Origin: a virus
Taxonomy: Duplodnaviria; Caudoviricetes
Virus record (IMG/VR): IMGVR_UViG_3300030406_004002
Span: 1-62,947 of that record
DNA length: 62,947 nt
Direction: 5' to 3' (one strand)
How positions within the stretch are numbered: the stretch's first letter is position 1; each line of letters begins with the position of its first letter. Both the position numbers and the translations under genes were made by a program. The notes under the pieces are model-generated. The model was given only the letters and a program-made list of their open reading frames with translations, had not been told where the DNA came from and ran no database searches. Positions 21,901-27,758 of this stretch are shown one piece after another.

Positions 21901-23672
21901 TAAGTGAAGGATATGGTCCTTCAGGACAAAGTGGCAACCCTGCACACATAAATGTTCTAAACTACCTATATCATGCTAATGGGGGTTATGCGAACATCAC
22001 AGGCATAAGAGTCAATCAGATTGGAATGGTTGAAATCAAGCTGACATTCAGCAGTGGACCAACTGTAAATGTTGCAGTTCGTATTGAAAGCAGTGAAGAA
22101 CTTCAGAATAATTTAGCTAGTTCGTTAGCGACAAGTACATCTACTGAATCAATTAGAGATTCAGTAAACTTGAGCAATAAGTATGCTAGGTTTAAGAATT
22201 TGACTCTAGGGGATGATGGATCAGCATCATCACCAGCTCTGAATTTTGGATCAAGTGGCAGTACAGGTCTTTATTATACTTCATCTCAGTTAAATTTTGC
22301 TCTTCATGGGTCAACTAGAATGTACCTAACTTCTGCTGGAATTTTCAGTAGTAGTAATGTTTATAGTGGCACAACAGGACAGTTCCGAAACTTTGGCGGA
22401 ACATGGCAAGCTACTACAGGTACAGGCACTAATGGATTTACGTTTAAAAATACAAACGAGGCTCAAACAGCAGCTACGATAACTTCAAAAGGAACCTTAA
22501 CTCTTAATGGTGGGACAACATCAACAAAGCTTTATTTATATGAAACGTATACTGATGCCTCAAATTATGAGAGAACAACCTTTGATTTCAGTGGTGGTTA
22601 TTTTAATATAGATACTAATAAATCAGGCACAGGACACACCGCTAGCGGAATAAAGTTGGGGGCAAATGGTTATGCGTACCTTCAGCTTGAGCCAGAAGGT
22701 AATGTCCTAATCAATGGTGCTAATGATAATAGTAACAGGGCAGACTTTGCTGTAGGTACTCTTGGTAATCCAAGAGTTTCATGGCATGGCAATCAAGTTC
22801 AGATAGGTGGGACCGACATGAACTACAATGGAAATATCTCATACAATAGTGCTGTTTTCAGGATGCAGAGTTGGCAGAGTAATATTTCTTTTGAGTTAAA
22901 AGGAACTTCTGGAACAGCTAATAAAGACATTATATTCAGACCTTTTAATGGCACTGCGGATACTGAAGCCATGCGTATCAAGGGCAGTGGTGATGTTTGT
23001 ATTGGAACTACCGCTACAATGTCATCAGCTAACGCTAGAAGGTTAGTTGTTGGAGATGGGGCAGGTACAGAAGGAATAACTATTTATTCAGGAAACAATT
23101 CTTCAGGATGGCTTGCATTTGCAGATGGTACATCAGGTGACCAAAGCTATAGAGGAATTGTGCAGTATAGCCATGCTAATGACGCTATGTCGTTTCATAC
23201 TCAAGGAACAACTGAGAGGATGCGACTTAATTCAACTGGATTAGGTATAGGAACTACCAATCCAGCCGAGAAGCTTCACGTTGAAGGAAGAATCAGAATT
23301 GGGACAACCCCCGAAATAGTTTCGCACGATAATATCACTTTAGTTATCGATCAAAATGCGAATAGCGGTTCTAATTATTTAAATATTAAAGGGGGTACAG
23401 TTGAACTTGTAAGGGTGAAGCAAAACGGGAATGTAGGAATAGGAACTACCACTCCAGATGCAAAGCTACAGGTCGAGGGATTAATAAAACAACAAGTAAT
23501 TACAGTAAGTCAATTACCTACTCCAAGTTCTACTATGCAGGGCGTTAGAGCTTTTGTAAGTGATTCTTCGATGACAGCTTCAGGTAACTTTGGAGCCACT
23601 ATACAAGGCTATGGTGGTGGGTCTAATACTGTACCTGTTTGGTGCGATGGAAACTACTGGTATATTGGGTAA
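9906..23672 (+). CDS. Giant modular tail fibre/adhesin, 4588 aa
   Basis: N-terminal fibre repeats (SPVFTGTPIAPT...QIATTAYV; APDTLDTLNEIAEALNDD), about 30 G(K/N)VGIGTTxP-type junctions, ends VPVWCDGNYWYIG. Confidence 0.9.
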   Translation: MANDTATVTQTVNTVTVDSTSQNSLELSSTSGSSITLTESPSSSTTVSITPSSSSLKIDSVFAPKISPVFTGTPIAPTASPGTNSTQIATTAYVDSAVTLENTLGEMNDVNVTSLSDNEILQYDTASSKWINQTLAEADIASAATLSSHTGSTSNPHNVTAAQVNLGNVTNESKATMFTSPVFTGNPTAPTQPLGNDSVSIATTAFVDNAINALIAAAPDTLDTLNEIAEALNDDADFHQTITDLANTKLPLAGGTMTGNLNLGDDVKLQLGGGNDLQIFHDQSDSIIKDAGTGNLELHATNLVFRNHADSAQYASFINGGAVSLYHNNGLKFQTAAGGIDITGNLTVGDSHFIGDDSFDNLALISSSGENVVVAAANDIYLNTDASGGGTGTNRVLINESGTSISSGTLKLLDGTASSPSLTFTSGTNTGIYWSNYTTSPQKDQLNLSVDGNTKFKANEAGIWSVSGNIYLANGYQFRTFQEWLATTGGTGYGFKFRNTADAVDSMTISSAGNVVAAGTITGTSFHQSDQLDSTFYSATFDENVDINGYLEVAGKGEFLGGTLNVHTAGNINYISSQDASKDLQIRNTGANKDIVIKTKDSSGENETIRLRGSVNHIVASGNIEARFGTNSRTFNLYETYSDSSNYERTSFNHSGGYFNLSTQDLGTGTASGIKFKTDDLTALSIEANGLVTVLSRNSASSTNILSVGGSSNGYMSVRHIEGKASNSNAYGPLYINYLSNNNVFIASGGGKVGIGTTTPARKLEVSEGSSSIVAQFKSTSGTSAFITLANTTATADQIRVGSIGNDLVLSTNYAERMRILSDGKVGIGTTNPAELLHVEGSNATINVRESGAATVKMRAGSVGRIGTYSDNDFSIVSNSTDRVRIKSDGKVGIGTTSVNTGIGLQVANGHLYVTSGEVKADNINAGYFSSTRNLELQGGSAAGVKLMSGATTVLQTKSDGKVGIGTTSPDHTLRVNGDARLGNLHIKTSDFGQGGTGKTIYADGAGSGVLGFISSTAFDFSNGATSRLRIDSSGNVGIGTTSPSYKLEIDGGDFLVNTTNGGYVQVDESDNSLKLSDNVKIKAGTGNDLSFYHNSSNNISFIENSHANGLRIKSDELLIFAHNGSTLRASFDTAVKLLYNDAYKFETTADGAKVIGTLGIGDYAMMKSTAQYMGMIGFNRNGNTGAIYNNSYGAFQLQNNNGVFEFQCYNSSGAAQAIHKFTSDGRVGINTAPHTNQQLHIVASSTDTTGLEFSASQHSNETRILSYDRAVGGGYRPLRLQSSHLKVEIAGVQKFAVDTSGNTTLAGNLTVGGDLTINGTTTTLNAEELVIEDKNIVIGNVPSPSSPSDTTADGGGITLKGASDYTINWTNSTNSWHFNQGITVGENDTGYDVKFYGATSNRYLHWNQAEDRLNLRDNTKFSIGNSNDLQLEFNGTHSYIKNNVGGSLYIQTANTIQLENSSGQDMLTAASGGAVKLFHGGNSTAKFETTTAGATVTGKLGIGVTSPSTPLHVKGNVRAEASGSTAFADLKSSQIYASGTYDLIVGTNNPLFFRTNDTRRMTILGDGKVGIGTTNPLQELHLSSPSPVIRLQDSDGTNQFTEIEQAGQSLYISLRNNSQNGHLFILGKNGTGTDTVFMKIASDGKVGLGTQTPARELSVVSPTSNAVFQLSNSTAGESADSGLEIFASGVDTGIVNRENGYLRFDTNNTERARFLSSGQFIVGGTDYLYSGTDLTVGNTSDSQNGLNIVTSSSGNGYVLFGDGAAAAAYVGQIRYSHTDNFMSFNTNGSERLRINSEGCLGINTTNPLSGAKLDVAGKTRIYQNEFQITSSAAYTTHFNYQNGGNNYISQANGGGTFFRNNGGTLMFLNSAGDFGVDSDTLYVDASTDRVGIGTNSPAAPLSLVGVNGGNWNDGLIIDDPSGWAATVYKRNNSPKMFTGLYSGNDNYIWMSTGYSNSGTTITAPRADAVLMARPGTDDLQIYLDTHFGGKVGIGNDNPDEKLDVAGNAVLKNGTTSTSLTLYETYTDTSNFEKTLLDHSGGYFEIDTGALGSGSLSGIKLSVGSYTKLQIEPEGHVLINGADDNGNKADFSVGVGTSPRVSWHNQQVQIGGLDMNYNGNISHTGSVFGMTSWSSSIEFRCNSSSGASARDIYFMPFNGTSTSEAMRIKGSGNVGIATDAPATKLQIDEYTVGSNGNQSVTGTASIFTNSGSDGLYLGVKNASHPNRGYAFKVTSNGVNSDFTIREHGLTGDRFTIQTGGSVGIATTSPSSQFYNNLVVGNNDSGEKGITIRSNASNGGHLAFSDTDAANAGRYAGRISYFHDTNSMRFYTTAGDFAMAIDSSQRVGIGVTTPDHRLHVDGTIAIKGGELADTARIHFQASDESNRFTLESDFNSTTTTDLLGFRSTTADNILVLKGNGNVGIGTTSNAQKLHIKGDALRIEESVGNRHLDIIPAVSGSSHRFTSTTTGSGYNFENSNGTIATFTETLSQFNQNVKIQTSNLQLNSGNYVQWGGSHYRVEGSNGNWLKFFTANVERLRITAAGVTQVKNYLDLELLNDADSTSPILVVDGTRVKKATNLHVYKDTNDNSYLAETGSGDLYIKGGNDIIIQDAVGNTLIHANQSDSVELHYGGVKRLETKTYGAELTHPSGWAELHLNGPSGGEIKLQKAGATHLDIYASDAGSTSSVIKAQSHLRLSSNNSVAANRSIYLKSDGFVGIGNDAPSHRLHVTGDARIEGNLTINGTTTIVDTDVSTTEQLLITNDGTGPAIVANQTGTQPVIDFQDDSTSVFYIENGGNVGIGTGSNIGANAHLEILKDNPQIVLTDSNEGTNDKTFRFININESLRITARTDGNTANTAGGDILTLKRDGHVVIGGTEPTVTGGTAKLTINVGATTNVPVTIANGTTDQVYLRRYTSGGKYQIQTVNGSSNEGVLSLQSYGGGVGIGTTDSSGFKLDVRTATGGAIARFKDSDSSHDGIRIEGDTNGGIISNASGVSKEAIYFQNSTNAIRLYTNGNERIRIASDGKVGIGTTSPAMPVEIVTGSGATVDLPNQTTGGIAFANNSGSNNVPTIVGKSNSSMGLEIIGAANNSNIHGDLVFNCRENNNSTFADTDQAGFKFQHYTTDLVTIYRSGKVGIGTSSPAETLHVSGSSSEGTGKVKIDNVPTESTEKTALVYSSGKIVSQRELGDNAFTSHPYLRTDDTGSTQTVNDPVTFTDLLKINDTGNAILDLNTTGTGSNTTIRFRNTDSNKATIGYDGGNSGLILTTGGFTAGNGIFIDDNQKVGIGTKTPNALLNVQGDSNPTILINAVTGNSVNSGKLAFAETDGGAHQAFIKYDGSANRLEIGTADVAQALVVNRTDGKVGIGTSTPSSLLNLSDASNNLSHQIGFSYVSGGTETDAFTIGRNSSTGNLEFHSDINNHGFEFKHNAAGTQEFNILNLKVGIGTDAPNRNLNVVGQIGIDNSASSPTGGMLITPDGNSNKIYSRTANNVATAHPLDFFAGSTHTVRIESDGDVDLQTGDLYFSTNGKGLHFDGVTGWDWKIVSEDSGSSNVPLLFKSQEGGPNPSAPSEKFRINSAGDAIFKDKLTVEVIPSVQQEENTVLVVEGSDGGLSCIKKRELNTVNIPDYTSNTNGIIKIGSDDDLNLYHTSGNNFVSAATGGNLFIQGNTVALRSVSQKNMVVGNVNSHVKLYYDNSERLSTTTGGITVTGKMTSDTITTALSLEMFASSGHNYISSQSSGSNLYIRNTGGGQILIRPKTGEDGIKLIPDGAVQLYHDNAKKFETTSTGIHVTASDPILKITDTSGSDNGATLWLQENDNYGAKVKYDSNSNTFFKVSTVDGGTETDRFSIKRTGETGIGTTSPEHDLHVAGETLLDAPNGSTHSLRLGRADNANKWFFNHAGNDLRIYNAAGSGYDIMLGVNSGGAAQDNKVGIGTASPAEKLDVNGYVRTKNSKYKKYTSLTGSSNDWFPIYQVNDHKGGQVTFNVNTYAHSSCTFVVSEGYGPSGQSGNPAHINVLNYLYHANGGYANITGIRVNQIGMVEIKLTFSSGPTVNVAVRIESSEELQNNLASSLATSTSTESIRDSVNLSNKYARFKNLTLGDDGSASSPALNFGSSGSTGLYYTSSQLNFALHGSTRMYLTSAGIFSSSNVYSGTTGQFRNFGGTWQATTGTGTNGFTFKNTNEAQTAATITSKGTLTLNGGTTSTKLYLYETYTDASNYERTTFDFSGGYFNIDTNKSGTGHTASGIKLGANGYAYLQLEPEGNVLINGANDNSNRADFAVGTLGNPRVSWHGNQVQIGGTDMNYNGNISYNSAVFRMQSWQSNISFELKGTSGTANKDIIFRPFNGTADTEAMRIKGSGDVCIGTTATMSSANARRLVVGDGAGTEGITIYSGNNSSGWLAFADGTSGDQSYRGIVQYSHANDAMSFHTQGTTERMRLNSTGLGIGTTNPAEKLHVEGRIRIGTTPEIVSHDNITLVIDQNANSGSNYLNIKGGTVELVRVKQNGNVGIGTTTPDAKLQVEGLIKQQVITVSQLPTPSSTMQGVRAFVSDSSMTASGNFGATIQGYGGGSNTVPVWCDGNYWYIG

Positions 23673-23717
23673 CAAAACACTTGATAATACGTATTTACTG
23701 CATATTCTACTAATATT

Positions 23718-23921
23718 ATGGAAGAAAAGACACTTACATTAAGTCAAGATCTCATTCGAGTTAACATCCAAGCTATCGACATTGCTATCAAAGCTGTTGG
23801 TTTGAATGGGGCAGAAGCCCTTGTTGTACTTGCGAAGCAAATTGCAGAGCAAACAGGTGAGACTGTTCAACAACCAGAACAACCAGAAGCTGAAGAAGCT
23901 CCAGCCGAAGTCGTAGAATAA
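23718..23921 (+). CDS. Small fibre-associated protein (possible chaperone)
   Basis: 67 aa directly after the fibre; IDIAIKAVGLNGAEA helix pair. Confidence 0.6.
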   Translation: MEEKTLTLSQDLIRVNIQAIDIAIKAVGLNGAEALVVLAKQIAEQTGETVQQPEQPEAEEAPAEVVE

Positions 23922-24532
23922 TGAGGTTCTACGTAGACATAGAGGATGAGGACCACATAGCTGGGATCACTAAGGCTAGGGAAGCTTATAATGCAGCTCT
24001 ACCTCAGATTGATAACCCTGACTATGTGGAACCTGATCTTAGGGAATGGGTAGAAAACCCTGATTATGAGCCACCACAAGGTGACCCACTAATTGAGAAC
24101 CCTGACCACGTCCCAGCTCAAGAAGCAGTAGGGGAGCCTCTCATAATGAATCCTGATTATGTGGAGGCAGTTGAAGCTGTCGGACAACCACAGATACCTA
24201 ACCCTGATTATAATGAGGAAGATGAGGATTCTGAAGAGATGATCGATAACCCTGATTATGTTCCTGCATCAGATGCTATAGGGGAAGAGATGATGGATAA
24301 CCCAGATTATATAGCAGCTACTGAGGCTGTCGGGGAGCCAATGATTGAAAACCCTGATTATGTAGAAGCTGTTGGTGAGGCTCTTATTGCTAATCCTGAC
24401 TACACAGAAGGGACTCCAGACCTCCCACCCATGATTGATGATGAAGGCTTTACAGAAGATAAAGACTACATGAAGTGGGTTATTGAGAAGGCTGCTGAGA
24501 GCTACGCCAAGGAATTTGGTATTATTGAGTAA
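23921..24532 (+). CDS. Acidic NPDY-repeat protein
   Basis: Nine NPD(Y/H) units between short non-repetitive termini. Confidence 0.8.
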   Translation: MRFYVDIEDEDHIAGITKAREAYNAALPQIDNPDYVEPDLREWVENPDYEPPQGDPLIENPDHVPAQEAVGEPLIMNPDYVEAVEAVGQPQIPNPDYNEEDEDSEEMIDNPDYVPASDAIGEEMMDNPDYIAATEAVGEPMIENPDYVEAVGEALIANPDYTEGTPDLPPMIDDEGFTEDKDYMKWVIEKAAESYAKEFGIIE

Positions 24533-24553
24533 TTATGGTATATTGCTCGCTTT

Positions 24554-24727
24554 ATGAGCAATAGCGAAATAGTAGCTAAAGGTGTTACAGGAGTGACTGG
24601 CTCTCTTATAGCAGTCACGATTCCGTATGCGGAAGTTATCCAATGGGGCATCCAAGTAGTTGGAGGTCTTTTAGGTATCACTGTAGCTATAATAACTTTA
24701 TATAATTTAATTAAGAAAAAGAAATGA
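24554..24727 (+). CDS. Small membrane protein, holin/antiholin-like (57 aa, absent from the ORF track)
   Basis: MSNSEIVAKGVTGVTGSLIAVTIPYAEVIQWGIQVVGGLLGITVAIITLYNLIKKKK: hydrophobic segments with a basic tail. Confidence 0.65.
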   Translation: MSNSEIVAKGVTGVTGSLIAVTIPYAEVIQWGIQVVGGLLGITVAIITLYNLIKKKK

Positions 24728-24888
24728 ACAAAGAATCAATCTTAGGAATAATTCGTCATATCCTTACATTTGGTGGGGGTTTCATGACTCAAAACGGTAT
24801 CGCAACTGATAGTGAGGTCACTACTGGTGTGTCAGCAGCAGTCACTCTTGTGGGCGTTATATGGTCAATCTTATCTAAAAAGAAATAA
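24724..24888 (+). CDS. Putative holin (54 aa, absent from the ORF track)
   Basis: MNKESILGIIRHILTFGGGF...GVSAAVTLVGVIWSILSKKK; two TM segments; ATGA overlap. Confidence 0.75.
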   Translation: MNKESILGIIRHILTFGGGFMTQNGIATDSEVTTGVSAAVTLVGVIWSILSKKK

Positions 24889-24995
24889 TGTACGGAAAAT
24901 CTTACAGCAAATCTTACGGCAAAAAGAAATCAAAGAAAAAGTCTATGTCTAAAAAAGACATACTTAAGTCTGAGAGGAAACGTAAAAAGAAGTGA
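24888..24995 (+). CDS. 35-aa Lys-rich peptide
   Basis: MYGKSYSKSYGKKESKKKSMSKKDILKSERKRKKK; overlaps neighbours at both ends (TAATG, GTGA). Confidence 0.5.
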   Translation: MYGKSYSKSYGKKKSKKKSMSKKDILKSERKRKKK

Positions 24996-25183
24996 CCTTC
25001 TTAAAGCTAATAAAAGCAGCTTTGAGTTCATATGCTGCCTATACAAATTATAAACATAGGAAGCACGTATATGACCTTGAAGATGAAGTTGATCGCCTCG
25101 CTGCTGATGGTTCTCCTGCTGCCAAGTTGCGTCTTGAAAGACTTAGCAGGAGACTCCAAATTGAACGAAAGCAGTCTCTATGA
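24992..25183 (+). CDS. Putative i-spanin-like protein
   Basis: Weakly hydrophobic N-terminus plus helix; overlaps a lipoprotein ORF in another frame, next to holins. Confidence 0.4.
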   Translation: MTFLKLIKAALSSYAAYTNYKHRKHVYDLEDEVDRLAADGSPAAKLRLERLSRRLQIERKQSL

Positions 25184-25313
25184 TCCGCCTACAGTTACCC
25201 TAATAAAAGGGTATGATTACCCGTTTGAAGAGGGCAATCTCATGGGGCGTGGTCAGAAGTTTCATAGTGATTATTCGTATAGACGTGCTATAATTATAGG
25301 TAACCAAAAATAA
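25083..25313 (+). CDS. Lipoprotein, putative o-spanin
   Basis: MKLIASLLMVLLLPSC signal/lipobox beginning inside the upstream ORF (Rz/Rz1-like overlap). Confidence 0.55.
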   Translation: MKLIASLLMVLLLPSCVLKDLAGDSKLNESSLYDPPTVTLIKGYDYPFEEGNLMGRGQKFHSDYSYRRAIIIGNQK

Positions 25314-25317
25314 TTAT

Positions 25318-25833
25318 ATGCCAAATGTATTAGAAGACATTCTAAAAACTTATGAGAGTAATAAAAAGAAAATAGACTATATTAAAGGTCTTTCTCAAAG
25401 CTCTCTAAATAAGCTTAATAAAGAGGCTAGAGAAGATATCTCTAAAAAAATTAAAGAGTTTGATGACATGGAAACATACCTTATTAGGCAGGGTATTGAT
25501 GTCAGTAAAGAAAAGCCTATGTCGGAGGAACCTAAGTCTTTTCAGGAAGCCGTTGAAAGTGGGATAGGTGATATTTCTTTTAAAGGAAAAGGTATGGGAG
25601 GCCAGACAGAGCTTAGTTCTATAAAAGATATTAAAATAAATAAGCCTATGACAAAGAAAGAGGCTTTAGGGCAAGCAAGTAAAAACTTGGGTAAAATGCA
25701 AAAGACTATTAAAGGGGGTATTTCTAAATTGGATAAGCAGGAAAAGGATATTACAGAAGCTATACAAAAAGCCAAAGATATTTTGTCTGAGGAGTTTTCT
25801 ATGTCAGAGCTACAGGAAATGGGCTTCGATTAA
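25318..25833 (+). CDS. Hypothetical coiled-coil protein
   Basis: 171-aa Lys/Glu-rich ORF containing KSFQEAVES. Confidence 0.6.
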   Translation: MPNVLEDILKTYESNKKKIDYIKGLSQSSLNKLNKEAREDISKKIKEFDDMETYLIRQGIDVSKEKPMSEEPKSFQEAVESGIGDISFKGKGMGGQTELSSIKDIKINKPMTKKEALGQASKNLGKMQKTIKGGISKLDKQEKDITEAIQKAKDILSEEFSMSELQEMGFD

Positions 25834-25839
25834 TAAGTA

Positions 25840-26142
25840 ATGCCTAGTAAAAAAGAAATACTTAAAAAGATCCGTAAAATGGACCGCCCCTCTAGGGCAG
25901 AACTTGGTGCAGAAAAAGAAGAAGAAGTACCTGTGGTGAAAATTACATACCCCCGTAGATCCGACTATAAAGGGGATGGGGGTCTTATGAGACTTACAGG
26001 AGGGGTTCTCCCATTTGAATTTTCCCCATATTCTAGGGATATGGACCACAAAAGAGCAGGAGACCCTGTCTCCGAAGCTAAAATGACGGAAGAAGAAAAA
26101 TACCAAGAAAAACTAAGAGAGTTTTTTGAGGACGCAGATTAG
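25840..26142 (+). CDS. Hypothetical protein
   Basis: 100-aa ORF in operon context. Confidence 0.55.
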   Translation: MPSKKEILKKIRKMDRPSRAELGAEKEEEVPVVKITYPRRSDYKGDGGLMRLTGGVLPFEFSPYSRDMDHKRAGDPVSEAKMTEEEKYQEKLREFFEDAD

Positions 26143-26183
26143 CCCCATGATTTCTAGACTAAAATGTGCTATATTTATAGCAT

Positions 26184-26738
26184 ATGATAGCACTTTGCGT
26201 AGGGCACAGTAGACCAAATGATTCAGGAGCTTCTTCAGTAACGGGCGTTACTGAGTGGGATTACAATTCTGAGCTTGCTGAGATGGTTGCTGATAAGCTC
26301 AAAGAAAAAACTAAAGTTTATAGCACTTATAAAGGTAAAGGGTATGTCAGTGCTATGAGGTGGTTAGCTCGAAAGCTTGATGAAGATCGAGTAGACACAG
26401 CCATTGAGTTTCATTTTAACGCTGCTACACCTAAAGCTACAGGCCATGAGTGGTTGTATTGGCATTCTAGTGACCAAGGAAGGCTCTTATCAAGAGCTCT
26501 AAGAGATTCATTTGAAGATTCTTTTCCTCAATTGGCCAGTAGGGGGATTAAGCCTAGGAATAAAGGTAGTCGAGGAGCTATGTTTTTAAGAACGACAAGT
26601 ATGCCAGCTTGCATCATAGAGCCTTTCTTTGGGACAAATAAAGAAGATTGGGATCTAGCAGTAAATCACAAGCCTGGAATAGCTGAAGCTATATCAAGTG
26701 GATTAAAACTCTATAAAGATATTTCAGGAAGGTGGTAA
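26184..26738 (+). CDS. N-acetylmuramoyl-L-alanine amidase (Amidase_3), endolysin
   Basis: Zn ligands and catalytic residues: CVGH, TEW, EFHFNA, IIEPFF. Confidence 0.9.
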   Translation: MIALCVGHSRPNDSGASSVTGVTEWDYNSELAEMVADKLKEKTKVYSTYKGKGYVSAMRWLARKLDEDRVDTAIEFHFNAATPKATGHEWLYWHSSDQGRLLSRALRDSFEDSFPQLASRGIKPRNKGSRGAMFLRTTSMPACIIEPFFGTNKEDWDLAVNHKPGIAEAISSGLKLYKDISGRW

Positions 26739-26739
26739 C

Positions 26740-27039
26740 TTGGAACTTCCAAAAACAATTTCTATTGCTGGCAGAAGAGTAAAGCTTGCCTTAGTCCCCT
26801 TTAATGGTGATAGCCCCGACTATGGATTGTATTTACATGACAAGAAAACCATTGAAATAAATAAAAACCTCAAAGGTAAAGCCCTTATACAGACCATCAG
26901 ACATGAAATGATGGAGGCAAGTTTGCTTTTAAGTGGTGTAGGGTGGCTTGAAAACTACGATCAAGAAGCCGTTGTCCGATGCATGGAAGAAATATTCTTT
27001 CCTGCATGGGAGGCTTTCTTGAAAAAGATAGATCAATGA
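26740..27039 (+). CDS. Small zincin-fold protein with HExxE variant motif
   Basis: YGLY...IEIN...TIRHEMMEA...EAVV pattern. Confidence 0.55.
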   Translation: MELPKTISIAGRRVKLALVPFNGDSPDYGLYLHDKKTIEINKNLKGKALIQTIRHEMMEASLLLSGVGWLENYDQEAVVRCMEEIFFPAWEAFLKKIDQ

Positions 27040-27566
27040 AATCTAAAAAGAAGCAATTTAATACCTCTGATGAGTTTATTAAATTCACTCCCTCTGGCAA
27101 AGATATTTGTTTAGCTCATGAAAGGGCTAAACAAATGGGGGTGCTTCCTAATTCTTACACAAGAGGGTTAGGTAGGATGGCTGGTTGTTTAGGAGAAATA
27201 GCCGTCAATAAATACCTTCCTAGGAGTAAATATGTTGGAGACGTTTCTTACTGTTTTGATTTGATTTACAAAAAGAAAGAAATAGAGATTAAGTCTAAAA
27301 CATGTAGTTCAGTACCTAAACCCGAATATAGTGCTTTTGTTAATTGCAAGAACAACCCCGTACTAAATAATGATGTTTATTTTTTCACTAGGGTTCGCAG
27401 AGATTTAATGCAGGTATGGTTAGTAGGATGGTTACCCACAACTCAGTTACTTAAAAAAGCAAAGTTTGTTAAAAAAGGTGACTCTGATAAAGATGGGTTT
27501 GTATTTAAATCTTCTGGACTACATATACCAATCAAGAAACTTAAATCTCCTAAAGATTTTTTTTAA
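27036..27566 (+). CDS. PD-(D/E)XK restriction-endonuclease-fold protein
   Basis: LGEIAV...FDL...IEIKSK; likely start ATG 27036 (ATGA overlap). Confidence 0.65.
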   Translation: MKSKKKQFNTSDEFIKFTPSGKDICLAHERAKQMGVLPNSYTRGLGRMAGCLGEIAVNKYLPRSKYVGDVSYCFDLIYKKKEIEIKSKTCSSVPKPEYSAFVNCKNNPVLNNDVYFFTRVRRDLMQVWLVGWLPTTQLLKKAKFVKKGDSDKDGFVFKSSGLHIPIKKLKSPKDFF

Positions 27567-27751
27567 GAGTAATTACTAGACGCATTAGAATCTAGCTCTA
27601 TTAAAGCATCTAGTCTTTCTTGAAACTGTTCAGCTTCTTCTAAAAGGCTATCATCATTAGAGTAATTAGCTACTTGATCTAGTTTATCCAAAACTTCTTT
27701 GACTAGATCGATTAACTCATCTCTTTGACGCATAACTTGTTTTGTAGTCAT
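27563..27751 (-). CDS. Hypothetical protein
   Basis: 62-aa helical ORF at the end of the replication operon. Confidence 0.5.
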   Translation of the reverse strand: MTTKQVMRQRDELIDLVKEVLDKLDQVANYSNDDSLLEEAEQFQERLDALIELDSNASSNYS

Positions 27752-27758
27752 GCATAAC

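Noticed and set aside
16120-22990. Duplicated fibre segments as a DGR template/variable repeat pair
   Set aside because: Mismatches are not confined to adenines (e.g. CTT vs ACC), both copies are in-frame coding, and no reverse transcriptase is present.
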